A stretch of 63,551 nt of DNA, filler included, from Intoshia linei (taxonomy: Eukaryota; Animalia; Orthonectida): NCBI GenBank assembly GCA_001642005.1. It is 4 parts of 4 records of this genome, joined end to end, with 100 filler letters (N's around TTAATTAATTAA, not from the genome) between each part and the next. Parts side by side here need not be neighbours in the genome. Positions count along the whole stretch, not along the records: positions 32,216 to 52,370 come from LWCA01000694.1; 3 more parts are not named here. One strand, 5' to 3'. Positions 37,184 to 51,542 of the stretch are shown here, piece after piece. The position numbers and the translations under genes are program-made. Each line of letters starts with the position of its first letter. Positions within the stretch are counted from its first letter, which is position 1. The notes under the pieces were generated by a model. It was not told the origin of the DNA and searched no databases. It saw only the letters and a program-made list of their open reading frames with translations.

Positions 37184-37911
37184 GTCTACATTAAATAGTA
37201 AGAGTAAAAGTAAACAGTATTCATTGTAATAACATGCCTGGATTTTATATTAATTCTTTTAATAATTGCCCCAACCACGAAAAAGCTTGTGATAGATAAA
37301 ATTCATACAAAATCCAGAAATTTGTGTAGCACATTTTAAAAAAATGTTACCAATAAACTCTCCATATCAATAAAATAATATTGAATAAACATTGCAATTA
37401 ACTCAAAATCATCAAATAATCAATGTGAACTATGGAAATGTAAAAATGAACCTACAAAATCAGTATATACAGTACACTACAAATGTAATTGGTTCCAAAA
37501 TGGATGTAAAATATGAAAAGCATCGAAAATTAAAAAATTCACAAGTAATACACGTATTAAAAAAATAAATAATTGCAAATTAAGTAAAATATTCAATTAA
37601 TAAAAATACAACACGGTAAAACTTAATGCTGCATGAAGTAAAATATTGATATTGTATTGATAAAAATTAAAACTAAAAAGACGTGAGCACTGTAACATGA
37701 CTAAAAAATTGATTTGAGTTGTTATGCATAGAATGTAATAAAGTAATTATACAATTGTTAAAGTTATCTGAGGTAATTTACTGAAAAATATTATTTAAAT
37801 TTAAAAGATAACACATAACAATGATACTTTTAGATTAAAATGAAAAGCAAAATTTAAAAAATGAACAAAATGTACAAAACTGATAAATATTGATAAATTT
37901 TAAATTAAAAA

Positions 37912-40900
37912 ATGAATGTTCTACGTGGAGACACAATGCGTGGATTACATGTATTTATCAGCAATATACGAAATTGTAAAAGTACCGAAGAAGAACAGAA
38001 TAGAATTAACAAGGAATTGTCTCACGTTCGAAATAAATTTCGAGGGGATAAAGTGCTAGATGGATACAACAAGAAAAAATATGTTTGTAAACTTGTATAC
38101 ATTTATCTGTTGGGATATGATATTGATTTTGGTCACATGGAAGCTATAAATCTATTAAGTTCTATAAAGTATTCTGAAAAACAAATTGGTTATTTATTTC
38201 TAACAATTTTGTGGTGCGATGTTGATGAATATACCGCATTGTTGTTGCAAGCTATTAAAGCAGATTTTAATAGTAAAAATCCTACATTTGTAGCTTTGGC
38301 CATGCAGTGCGTCGCGAATATTGGCAGCCGTGAAATGGCTATAAATTTGGGTGAAGGAATACCAATTATTTTGATTTCTCCAGACACAAATGAAAAAGTC
38401 AAACAGACTGCTGCTTTGTGTTTATTAACATTAATTAGAAAGCATCCGTCTGAAATGAAAATGAATCCTGAAACGTGCACAAAAATTTATCACTTTTTAA
38501 ACACTCTTGATTTTGGTGTTCTCACGGCTGCCATATCTTTGATTATTCAAATGGTTAAAATGGATTACCCAAATATTGACATTATCAGACCCCTCGCTAT
38601 TAATCGACTTTCAAAACTTATTATTGGTTACAATAATGGAATGTTGGATTACACTTACTATTTTGTTACGGCGCCATGGGTTTCTGTAAAATTACTTGAA
38701 CTTTTGCAACACTTTTCTCCATCAGAAGACCTTGATAGTGTAGGACGAATAACTGATGTTTTAAAGAGCATTTTGAAGAAAGCCAATGAATCTGAAAAAT
38801 CAACAAAGGTTCAACATTCTAATGCCCGATATTCCATTATATTTGAGGCCATTAATCTAATTTTACACATGGACTGCCTTCCTAATCTTGTTTCCATTTC
38901 TGCGCAAATATTAACACGTCATTTACGTAGTAAAGATCCCAATATGCGGTTTTTATCTATGGAAAGTTTAGCTCTACTGTCCACGTCTCAATATTCTCGT
39001 GAAACTGTCAAATCCCACCGAACTGAAATTATTGATGCTCTTAACACTGAAACTGATGTTAGTATCCGCAAAAGATGCATAGATCTTTTGTACGCCATGT
39101 GCGATCAAGATAATGTGGTCGACATCGTTGATTGTATGCTTAACCATTTGCGTAAAAGCGATTATGCTTTGAAAAGTGGCATAGTGTTAAAACTTTCTAT
39201 TTTAGCCGAAAAATACAAAGTAAATTACACCTGGTACATTGATATAATGATGGACCTTCTTTCTGTTGCAGGAGATTTTGTGAGCGACGAAGTGTGCAAT
39301 AGATTTATTCAAGTCATCGTGAATAATGACGAAATTCAGCAATACACTGCAAAATGTGTGTTTGACCACTTGGATACTAATCTATCTCACCAAACTATGG
39401 TAAAAGTGGGCGCCTATTTATTGGGTGAATTTGGATCAAAAATTTCCCAGGACCCTTCATACTCACCGGAAAAACAATTATCTTTACTTAATTCAAAGTT
39501 CTATTATTGCCAATCTGACGCACGCCAATTGATGTTGACCACATATGCCAAAATGGCAACCTCATTTTCTTCCCTTAAAACTCAAATTATTCACATTTTT
39601 AATCAGGATTTACAATCCCGTAGTGGAGATATTGAATCACAGCAAAGAGTTTTAGAGTATACCTATTTAATAAACTCTGGAAATTCAAATTTAATTAACA
39701 CTGTTTTCGATGAAATGCCGCCATATGCAGAAAAAAAATTTTCCACCGAAATGTCTAAGGAAATTAACACTATGGCTTCTTCTAGTTCAAATGTTAGTTT
39801 TAAAGCTGAAAACAAGGGAGATGATTTACTCAATTTTTCTTCTAGCAGCGATGCAATTTCTAAAAAAAACGAATTTACTAAATCTAGAACCAATAGTAAA
39901 GAAATTACCACTATCGTTGAAGCAAAAGCTTCGCCGATACGGTGCGATCCTTCTAGTTATAGTAGTCAAGGGTCAAGTTCAAAAATCCATACAGAATCCA
40001 ATTTTACTGATATTTTAAAATTTGACGATGAAGATCATAATGATACATTGTCCAAGGATAAATCTATTTCAATTGATCCAAAATATAGAATGTAATTTAT
40101 TTATTTTTTAAAGCACTGTGGTTGTCACAAGGGTAGGCAATCGATAGTAATTTATAATGGTAAATTCTTACTTATTTATAAAGTAATTTAGTTTTAAATG
40201 TATGTCTGTTTATTTAAGAAAGTAACAAGTGTGGAGTTTTAAGAATAACCATTTCCAATACAATGTTTCAAGGGTAATGTTTTATCGCAAATTTCATGTC
40301 CATAAATGGAGTCCTTCAATGTCAAAAACTACATTTATCTATTTTTTTCCATTCCATCCGCGGATCTAGGTGGGGTGCAGGGCCGCCCCTGACCTGACAA
40401 ATGTTTCTTTAAAATATTTTAGTTTGTGTATTAACATTGTTAAAAAATTCAAAAGTTTTTCTAGGATGCATCGTTTACATTTTAAGTATATAATGATCAT
40501 TTATCATTAATCTATGTATTATTTTATATGGTAGTTACATCAGTTTAAATTAAATTATCGGATTTAACGTTATTTATAATCGACAGAGAACTTACTAATT
40601 ATGTCGATTTTGATACAGTTGAATGTTCAAAATTGAAAAATTTAGTAGAATGAGAACTAGAAAAAAATATATATTATTATTATGGATAGAAATATTTATA
40701 AACAATAAAATTAACTTGTTAATAAACATAATACAATAAATTATATAAAAATTCCAATTTAAATACATTATATGCGTATGGCCCCTTAATAATTATTTCG
40801 CCCCCCTGGCTGAAAATCCTAGATCCTCCACTGGTCAGAGGTGGTATTTTCTACTACCGGCAATATAATTACTAAGGTAGATCAATAATATCCGCAGGTG

Positions 40901-42453
40901 TGTTATGCATTGATATTCTTAAAATACTATTTAAAAAAATAATGTAAATATGTTTAAATAAATTATAGAGATTAAATTCGTTTTGATATTTAAAAAAAAT
41001 TTACTAGGTAAATTACCAACCCTAATTGTGACCGTTCAAAATTGGCAGATATCATGTTTAACGGTAGTTATATGGAGAAACTTTCTGTTTCGATGAGATT
41101 AACAAAAACCTTTAATCGTACCACAGTCAAAATCTTATTTAACGAACGTCGAAATTGTTGAAAAATTGATAAACTGTTAATATTATGGGTCAATATAAAT
41201 AAATTGATCGTAATCTATGGTTATTTTTACATTTCTAATATTTTCGTTAAATGAGATTTTGACTGTACTTGTTTTTATTATAAAAAAGGGACTTAAAATT
41301 AATGCATTCTTAAATTAATTGTGACTTGGTTCTTTTAAAAATTTTTTTAGTCTGTTGTATAACCAATCTGCCGTTGTATACGAAGACGAAAATGTGCAAA
41401 TCGGAATGAAATCTCAATTTAATGGCCGTGATGGAAGATTTTTGATAGCACTGGGAAACAAATCCAACAATACAATAGATAATGTATTTATAGAAAACGA
41501 AAACTCGTATCTTTTTAATTCAAGTAATTTTCAGTAAAATTGAATTAAAATTGTAAAATATATTTAGGCGTAAAGATTGACAAAATTAATTTGCCAAGTA
41601 CCATTAGCGCAAAATCTCAAGTCAGTTCACAACAAAAAATACATTTGGATGATTTGTTTTACAACATTTACCCTGTAACTCTCAAAATGAGGTTCAGTTT
41701 CCAATAATTTTATTTATTATTTTAGTGGCGTTACAAATTTTTGTCATACAATTTTTTTGCCCGTTTTTATGTCATCCTTCTTTACCAAATTTTCATGTTC
41801 CATTGATGAATATAATCAACGTTGGCACGAAATGGATGGGTAATTATAGTGTAAATTGTATTCCAGTTTTAGATATGAATATTCAATTAATGTTTGGTGT
41901 TCAATTGAAGATATTAACCAATTGAAAATAATGGTAAAATTATACAAATCAGTCGAACTTACCACAAAAATGTTTCTATACTTTTTGGATCTTCAACGAA
42001 ATTTTTATAAAATAGGCGCCTTATTTTTCTAAATTAATTGTTTAAGAATACTTATTTTAAAGAATCAACTGGTTTGTATGTCAAATTTAAACCGTCAAGT
42101 TCAGAGTCTATTATCGTCGTTTGTGGAAATTGTTTTAGGGTTAACAGGTTCGCTATTTTTGGCTATGCATGTTTAGACATGGGTACCCCATAATAATTTC
42201 ACGAATTTAGTCTGATAAACGTATAATCAGTTTTTAGATGAACTCATTCGGCTTCCAAGTAATGTCAGATAATTCTGTTGATATGCATTGTTGTGCAAAA
42301 ATACCAGTCAACCCAGAAATACATGTATTTATGAATCTGTACGTTAACGAAGCTTGTACAATCATAACAAAATCTATAAACGAACGCCTCTCGATTCACA
42401 TAGCCAGATTATTCGAATTGGCGCTAATGGATTACGCCTTACATCAAAATTAG
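37912..42453 (+). CDS. AP2A: AP-2 complex subunit alpha (alpha-adaptin)
   Basis: MRGLHVFISNIRNCKSTEEEQNRINKEL...YNKKKYVCKL...DFGHMEAINLLSS; a ~2.18 kb first exon, then appendage exons (VVYEDENVQIGMKSQF) ending at 42453. Confidence 0.95.
40355..40833. mobile_element. Non-autonomous TIR element (CAGTGG(A/C)GGATCTAGG-type ends) in an AP2A intron
   Basis: ...GCGGATCTAGG at the left and CCTAGATCCTCCACTG at the right, with GC-rich subterminal blocks. Confidence 0.6.
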
Positions 42454-42553
42454 AATTAATGTTTATAATTTGCATGTAATGTCAACATTTCCTGTTATAT
42501 TAATAAATTAGTCGATTACAATGGACTGTTTATATTACAATTTTCACATTATT

Positions 42554-45500
42554 TTAGAAATGATCACTAAATCGATCAATTTCGGTTAAGTCTTCGATAA
42601 TCTAAAATTATAACATTAAAGTAAAAAAATGTTAAAGATTAACCTGTGACATGGTGGTTCCAATTCTACTAGCAAATTCACATCGTTCCGAAAAACTCAT
42701 ATACATGTAGGTTTTAAGGTAATTTACATCAATAATTGTTCGAAAGTTTAATCGATGAATTTGAATTTCTGGAATAATCACTTTTCGGTAAAATCCATGA
42801 TTAACATTTCCAATATTTGACAAGTGTAGTTTTAGAATATTTTGCAACATGAGTAAACGCCGGTAACACTTTTCACTGATAGGTAAGATACACCCAATGG
42901 ATCCGTCGGTCGCAGCTACAATTTTAGATTAAATTTGAAGTTTCAAAATTACAATAATAAGTGGCATGACGAAGACTGGGTTTACTGTCGGTAACAAACT
43001 TTACCAATGTTGAATCGTATCGTTTACATTGAACATGAACAAAATTCGTTACGTGTAGTCCAATATTGACAGCTGAGGAGCAAACTAGTCTGGTTCCACC
43101 AACACTTTCCACAGCTACAAACGGTTATATATACATTTTTAAATTATACCTTCCGGTAAATATTCATAAATAAATAAATTGCATTTGTCGTCAGTTGCTA
43201 AAATAAATTTAATTTTAATAGACAGTAATATAGGTATTACCAATAAAGGCTAATTTATCGTCATTAACAATGAAGCCAGTGGCATAAATTGATAGATCCC
43301 GAGTATCCTATTAAAATTATTAATAGTATTGTATATCGGGTTAAATCTTTTTTCAAATGTCATACTGCAGGGGTTCCCATAATTTCTTCACTGCAGACCA
43401 GTAATATACAAAAAAAATTTTCCACGAAACGAGATTTGATAATTGTTATATTGTATATAAAAACAATTAGAAACTACATACAGTAGAACTATGTGATGAC
43501 GACGGAGGTGACCTCGCTAAAATTTATAAATACAACTTTTAAGGTACGTTATAGATGGGAACCCCGCATTACCATTAGTCAAAATAAACGTAAATTGTTT
43601 ACCTTACAAACTTGAGAAATGACTCGTTTATCAGAATCAAATCTCAGCAAATTAACACTCATGTACACGTCAGCTACGAGGACTAAATTTGATATGACTG
43701 AAATGTTGACTATGTAAATAGTCGTATCGATAAAAGAAACTCCAGATAGATCCTGATCAGAATATTGCCAAATGTAAATCTAAATATTGAAAATAAAATA
43801 ACAGTAGCATGGTTAAAAAGTATTTTTCAAAATGAAAAACAATGCAAAAATTAAACATAAAAATAAAAACATATTCAGGTATTATCAAAATTTGCATTTA
43901 CCGATAGTTAAAATCACACAAAAATATTGTTTATATAAATCACCTTTTGACCAATAGCTGTAACCAAATACCCGTTAACATGATGAATGGCAGTAATTGG
44001 ACCCTTCTGATCTTCAGCATATTCAATCTAAAATTATAATTCAAAATAAATGTTTATATTAATAAAAACCTTCAGTTTGTATTTTGTCAAAGGTTGGTCC
44101 ACTTCAGGAACTACTTCAATTACATCCATAACGTAGATCTATGCACACATTTAATAAAATTTAAATTAATTGTAAGCATAACGAATAATAAAATAACTAT
44201 ACATTTTTAAATTAAATTTTCATAAGTTAACCAAACATGGCTACCAAAATTAAAATTTTAACTAGAATCGTGAAGTCAACAACAGGCCGGGATTAGATAA
44301 AAAAAATATATAAAATTACATTCTAACATTAGTAAATAGTAAATACTGACCGGGAATAACATTTAGCCACCGATTTATTAAATCATAAACAATATACCAA
44401 TGTATTAAATCAATTTTTGTAACAATATAATAAAATTAAAGGTTATTTCGGCTGTAAAACAAAAAAAGATTTATGGTACTAAAAAATGGTTTCTAATGCT
44501 GACTTTTCTATTGATTAACAATCAAAATATAGCAAACCCTTCCTCTAGATGTAACTTCTTCACCGTTGCAAACATTTGAGCCTAGAGTGAAATAAGGCTT
44601 AACGCCGCTATGAGCTCCCTCATACAAGAGATTCGCTTCCTTTGCACATAAAATGTGGTCAAATAAATCAAAAATATGTCTAAAAAAATAAAAAATATGA
44701 TATTTTTTAAAATTACAGTGAATTCGGGATTTTCTCTCCAGTATCAGAAGTATACAACTCAATTTGAAAAATATCCACTTGAGGTTGAACAAATCTATCG
44801 TCTAAAGATTAAAATTAGACAATTATACATAAGATACAACCAAAAATTATAAATTAAATATTTACCAACAGGTATTTCAACAGTTTCTTTGTCTCCTTCA
44901 AACGTGTATCTAACAAGTTTCATACAATCTTGTTGTTTACTTGAAACGACACCAATAATCTAAAATGTAATAAAACAAAATAAGATAAAACAAAATTAGG
45001 CCCTTGTAGCTCAGTGGTAGAGCACTGGTCTCGTAAACCAGGGGTCGCGAGTTCAATCCTCGTTGAGGGCTTTTTTTTGTTTCGTAATACCCAAATATTA
45101 ATCTACAAATTTAGACAGAAATTATGTTATATTCCAATATAAATTAAAATTGTTACTTATATAAAGTGTATTTCAAAGTTATATTATTAAAAAACTTAGA
45201 GTACTGAAATTTACAAAATACAAATTATAAAAGTAATTTGTTAGTTAATTTGATCAACTAATTCATTTTTATTAATTCGTATATTGATTTACGAGACTAT
45301 AATACAGATTTCTGTATTTGAAATATACATAAACTCAATTGTCATATTTTTTTAAATTTTAATTCAAAAATTTGAATAATATTGGTTGATAATATATTAA
45401 TATATTTTTAATCAGGAATATGTAGTATGTAGTAGTCTTCTAAGGTTTAATTTTCTTTATCTAGATTAACTGGGATAAACTGTATCAGAATAATATTCTA

Positions 45501-48500
45501 GGCAGAACCGTGGAGAACCAGCAGTAGGCCCGGTCAGATAGAAATTTTTAAAAATATTGGACTACCACAATTAAAACTTAAACGGCATTCTTTAAATAAA
45601 ATAATTTTAATTGATATTTTTGCTACACGTTTCAATTTTTAAAAAAAATGACACCCTATAAATTTTAATTTATGTATTGGTATAGAAATTTTCCAACATT
45701 AACTATTCATAAATTTAAAAAGTAGGCCCGGCCACTGTGTACGGCCACAAGTAGGTCCTGTGGACCACTTTGGGAACAACTGCCCTAGACGGTATATAGT
45801 TTCATAGTCACTAGCCACTGTCAAAGGATTTGACGTGACATGAATTTTAATTTCTGCTACAAAGAAAACTGACTTGAAATTTTTGAGACTGAGCATTATA
45901 TAAACATCTCAGCATTGGAGTAATTTATAAAAAAAGTATAAATAAAAATCCCACATTCCATTAGAACCAACTAGTGCGTACTCTAAACAAAACAGACAAG
46001 CTAATTAACCAAAATACAAAATTACATTAGTTTTTCGGTGATACAATAAAAATCGGGGAGTAGAATAAATGTCGATATTTTTAACTGCCCATTCACAATT
46101 ATAATTAAATGTATCATCCAGCATAGATATCCGAATTTGATGCTAAATTTTAAATAATTATAATTTAAATTGACACACGCGAGAAGGTGGGACCAGTCCA
46201 CCTTGTTATAAGAAATAATGACAATTTCCATATAAATGTCAATTTATAGACCCAGAGATCCACGATTATATCTGAATGACAAGTGAAATCCATTAATATA
46301 TTAAATCGGTATTTCCCACCCCTTTTTTGTCATTAGCCCACTAAATAAATAAATAAAGAGTTTCATTATATATTATTTGTCCGTAATTCTTAATTTCAAT
46401 TCAGTTAAACATCTACCGACGAGCCATGTGACATGAGAGACTACCAAAAAATCTATAATCCATAATATCTGAAAAATTTTAAATTTCGTAGTTAATTAAA
46501 GAATACAATATCAGCCCATTCAGTATAAATTTAAATTTATCAACATTAAGCAAAAAAATGACGGATTTTTAATTGATATTCACTTTACTCAGTCACCTTC
46601 AAATAATTAACACAACTATAAAATTTTATGTACGTATTTTTTATATAACTTAACGTGTTTATAAATAATTTTTTTTTGATATTAAAATGAATAAATATGA
46701 ACCAAAAAAACTACCACTTATTGTTAGATATCAAAGAAGGTATTTCATACGTAAAATATACACAATGTGTGTTACACATATACAGATATAAAGTTGTATC
46801 GGGTACCCTATTAACTAAGTATCCAAAAAGCGTAAGGCAGGACCCCATATTGACTCTACACAGGATAATATAGTACCAAAAAAACTTACATTAAGATTGA
46901 CATAAACAAATCCTTTCCTGCAGACACCTGAACTGAAAGGTGCCATAAAATCTACAGGTCCATCAACAGTCATGGGATGAAAATAAATAAATCCATCATC
47001 CTTGAAAAACATGAAACATGGATACAAACCAGTGATAAACACACCATAAGAATCAGAAATGTCATCAAAATATACAATTTTCTGAGGGCTGTCTTTGCCT
47101 TCCTTTGCTCCCGGTGATTTTTGCAGATTAATGTTCAAATTACATTTAACAAATCTCATATTCAATCTTTCTTGCTTAGCATTTGAAAATTGAATTGATT
47201 TATAAACGACAATTTGTGAATTTATTAAAACAATAAAATAAATAATGGGATCCGAATCTTTAGTAAACAAAACATGAAAATCGTCAATTCCATATATATT
47301 TCGATCTGGAAGCCAAGTAAAATTTGAAACAATGGTTGGATTTAATTTATCAAAATCATCATTCAACACGATTGGCATATTGTAAAATTTTTCTACTGAA
47401 AACAAGGGTTGCCTCGTTAATAATTCTAAAATTTCGAAATGACCATTTTTGCCAATTTTAAATAAAAGGTACTGTGAATTTGTCATTTTTTCATGGATTG
47501 TATCATCATTTTCATTTTCCTCTGCAATTTGCAATTTCATTACTTTTGATTGTGAAGACATTTCATTTGATGCACCGTACAGCATAAATTCTTCATCATC
47601 AACGTTTTCACCGGTATCAATTTTTGACGAGTCTAATTGGCAATCATTAGAAACGTTTCGGTCGGTCCACGAAATTTTAAATATGGAATGTGTATCAAAC
47701 AAAACATTAAAAAGAACAATATCTTCGATATAATTAACACCAGGTTCAGAGTCTATCAAATAATGTGGAATAAGGGTAAATATTACGGATTTTAAGGTGG
47801 AAATTGGTTTACATTCAAGATTTTCGGTATCAATCTCACTAGTTTCAACGGGTTGATCAGATTCACTGATTTCAGAAATTCTTTCCATTGTTTCAATATT
47901 TAGTTCACAATCACCTTTAACATTAAGATTTGCGTCTACATCAGAATTTGTATCTTGATATTTATCGGAAATGTTTTGATTTATATAATCAGTATTTTCT
48001 TCAATGTTACAACAAATTTCAAATATATAAAGTAAGTTTTGCGAAGTCAAAACGGTCAAATATTTTTTACAAGTCTTGGCAATAGTATACACTTCATCTC
48101 GGTTGTCTCTACCCAATTTTGCAAGTTTATCAACCGAAGAACTTGTAACCATTTCTATACTATGTGGCAAAACCTGTATAGCTATCATAGATGGAGTAAT
48201 TTGTTCGTCTGTTTGGAAATTCACTTCTGACGGTTGAATGATTGAGATAGTTTTATCGTCGCACACAAAATTTGTACCTTCAACCTGGAACATGTCATCA
48301 TCATTCTCTAAAATTAAGGTAGTCGTATTGAGTGACACAACTAAATAAGTGTATTGATTCAATTCATCAATTTCGTTAGCATTGTTTGTGAATTGACTAG
48401 GTAATTTTGTTAGACTAACAGACCACATGCCAAAAATTTTTGGCATGTCAAACGTACCAATCACATTTGGTCTAATGGATTTTTCTAAACTATTGACAGT

Positions 48501-49928
48501 ACCAAAGGAATTAATGGATGAAGCAATTTGAATTCCCAAGTTATAATCGTCACCAAAAGGTTTCAAAATCTGTGGAGAAGTGTCATTTGTTTTGTCGTAA
48601 ATGATTAAACTAGCAGATGGAGCGATATTTTTAATCACATGCTGCCTCTTCAATGAATATTTGTTTATAACATTCAACGCAACATTTTCAGGTTTCTCCA
48701 AATTTTCTCCATAAATATCGACATCTTCATTATTGATTTTTTCCATTTCATTCAGTTCAAATTCTTCCAAATTGTTTTCCAATACTTCGAATTTTTCCGA
48801 ATAAAATATCAACTTTGAATCACAAACACGTGAAGCCAAAAAAAAGGCTTTCTTATCAAGTAAAACAATAACCTTTGTCAACAATCCAACATTTATATCC
48901 AATTTTGTGAATATAAAAGAATTGGAATGTTCATTACTCTTTGACAAAACTGTCAAAATATACATACACCCATTACTCAACCCAATGACCATATCCGTTT
49001 CATTAATTTTTGAAATAACCCCTCCATTAAGACTAATTGGCTCGTCGAATTTTTCAGTAATAACAAATTTAGTAATATCACCAGTCGAAGAATTTAGAGA
49101 TACAGTTCTCGCCGGAATAGACTGTTTCAAGTTAATAATAAGCGAATTTGTAAAAATCAACACACTCCCCTCCTTTAAAGCTATAATGTCAAGGCAATCA
49201 AAAGGCAAACTAGTCACAGACCAAATGATGGGATTAACAATTTGAACCATATCCAACGAAAGCGCAATCATATGATATGTATCCATCCTAACAGGCAACC
49301 TGCCAGAGCACGTTGGAATGGGTTCATGCAAGATGGCCAAAGTCGACTCAAAGTAACCATACAAAAACTCTATCGATAATGCTTGCCAAAATGGCTCATC
49401 ATTCAACAAAGTCAAATCAATAACATAGGAAGGCATAAATGGATATTTAAATTCTGTATTTATTGCAAAATCTCGCACCGGTGTAATTGCCACATATATG
49501 CTATAAAACAAGTAAGCTATACATCTATTTTTGGGGTCAATCTTTATCATTGGATCATGATTTGAATTGTCATCGAATCCACGTTTATACTTTTCATCGG
49601 AAAAATCATGCATTGATACTGTATCCATACGGTGGATTTCTTGGTTAAAAGATAACGTTGAATATTTACATTCTCCCAAAGATATTATCAAAAAATCTCG
49701 ATTGCAATTCAACATTTTTATGGTATTTAAATCTGTTACGTTTTCGTATAATCGACATTCGTAAAATTTTCTCAATACAATTTCACAACTTTCATCGTAC
49801 ACTTTATACATGATCATTCTGTTGGATCCAACTGTCACCAAAAATTCATCGTTTGTCGATAGAAAATTTCCAAAGACTGCATAGTCTACACTGGTAGTAG
49901 ATAAAATTTCTTGTTGTGCTGCCCACAT
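42554..49928 (-). CDS. CPSF1: Cleavage and polyadenylation specificity factor subunit 1 (CPSF160)
   Basis: ~3.04 kb first exon (DPMIKIDPKNRC, FLYGYFESTLAILHEP, SLPFDC, FHPMTVDGPV..APF...GFVYVN). Later exons include GEEVTSRGR, EVVPEVDQPLTKYKL, QKGPITAI, AIGQK and the C-terminus IIEDLTEIDRFSDHF*. Confidence 0.95.
45000..45071 (+). tRNA. tRNA-Thr(CGT), antisense within a CPSF1 intron
   Basis: GCCCTTG-TA-GCTC AGTGGTA GAGC-A-CTGGT CTCGTAA ACCAG-GGGTC-GCGAG TTCAATC CTCGT-TGAGGGC-T; intact A and B boxes, followed directly by an oligo-T Pol III terminator. Confidence 0.95.
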
Positions 49929-51248
49929 TTTTAAAATTTAGACATAAATTAAATTTTCAAAGCGATATAATACAACTTTATCATGACAACTCACTTTACA
50001 TTTTAGTTTTTAGTTTGAAATGTTATTTATTTACATTTATGGTAAAAGTGTGGAGTTGTAAATTGCAATATAAATTCTTAAAGGGACCTGCAATGTTTTT
50101 GTTTGACGATCATTGCCGTAAGACAGATTAGGGTGAGACAAGAGATTATGCTAGTAATATGAAATTTTCCAAATGAAACATGTTTCAAAGACTGATGCGA
50201 TAAATCTCGACAGGTATCCATAATTAAATGGGTTATTTTTATTTGTTCTGAATTCTATAGTTCCAAATTTTAATCTAATTTTTTAAATTCGCAGGGTATA
50301 TGGTAAGCAAATTATTCCAGGCTCATAGAAATGATAACGCAAATGACTACATGTATTTCGATTAGACAACATGGAACGTTACGAATACAATGTAGTAAAA
50401 TATTGTGCAAGTTAAATAAATAGTTTAATATAATTAGAATAGATTATGTTGTCTTTGTAAGATATATTTTCATTTTCAGTGGTATCAATATTTTTTAAAA
50501 ACTAAATTTATTTTTATAAATTGTAGTTTAAAATATACTAGTTTTATGTACAGTACATTAAAGATGAAAAAGTCATTTTCTGATACGGATATGAAATTTT
50601 GGTATTATTTCTCTCAAATTTTCAACGTTCCCAACAACGAAAAAAATTTTTTTTAATTTCCTGACCCAAACAAACAATGATATCAAAAGTATCTGGAATC
50701 CAGATTGTGGATGTTTCAAAAATGAACGACGCCTGTATTACTTATATTAAAGACACTGCAAATCTGGAAATGTCTAATATTTTCTAAATATTTAATTATA
50801 AAAATACCTGTTTTGTTTCAGGGAAATCACACATACATTTGAAGAGACTGAATAAAATTGTTCGAATCACATTCTGGCCACCGGGTTTGAGAAAAACATT
50901 CTAAATATATAAAATTTAATAATGAATACTATTATTAAAATACTAAAGATGGAACGTTTTAACAGATAGGACATGAAATACAATGGGGTGTTACATTTTA
51001 CATAATACAAAAACAAACCAATAGTTTCTTGATAATACGAAAAAAAATGTCTCTATTTTTCTGAATTACAGCTTCGACAGTGAAAATACAATTGAATATG
51101 AGATGATGAAATAATTTAGCCAAGTAATATACTGCCCAAACTTTGTTCTAAAAATAAATGTAAATTTAAAAGTAATTATTGAAATACATCAAGAAAAACG
51201 AAATAATTATTAAAAAATAAAGTATAATTATAGTTGTACCCCGTATAT

Positions 51249-51542
51249 CAGGGTCGACAACCAGTGGCCCACAGAATAATTTAGGTGGCCCTTTGAGTAA
51301 ATATCTAAATTATTTATTTTTCGACTTTTAAACGCCGCTTTGAACATTTTCTACAATAATTTGCTCATAATCATTTTAATACTGAATTTTCAGACGACCT
51401 AGACTTTCTTTTGTTGAATATACTAGAACCGTTTCTCTTTAGTTAAAATTGAAATTTATCATGTGTAAATTTTAAAAAACGACACCCGTAAATTTTTTTG
51501 ATATAAAAAAGTGGCGCGAGATGCAAAAGGTTACCGACCCTG
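51249..51542. mobile_element. hAT MITE
   Basis: CAGGGTCGACAACC...GGTTACCGACCCTG; TSD ccgtatat/tcgtaaat. Confidence 0.7.

Noticed and set aside
47449-49764. Plus-strand ORFs opposite CPSF1 (similarly 38190, 39663, 21596, 62467)
   Set aside because: Antisense or alternative-frame shadows of real coding exons.
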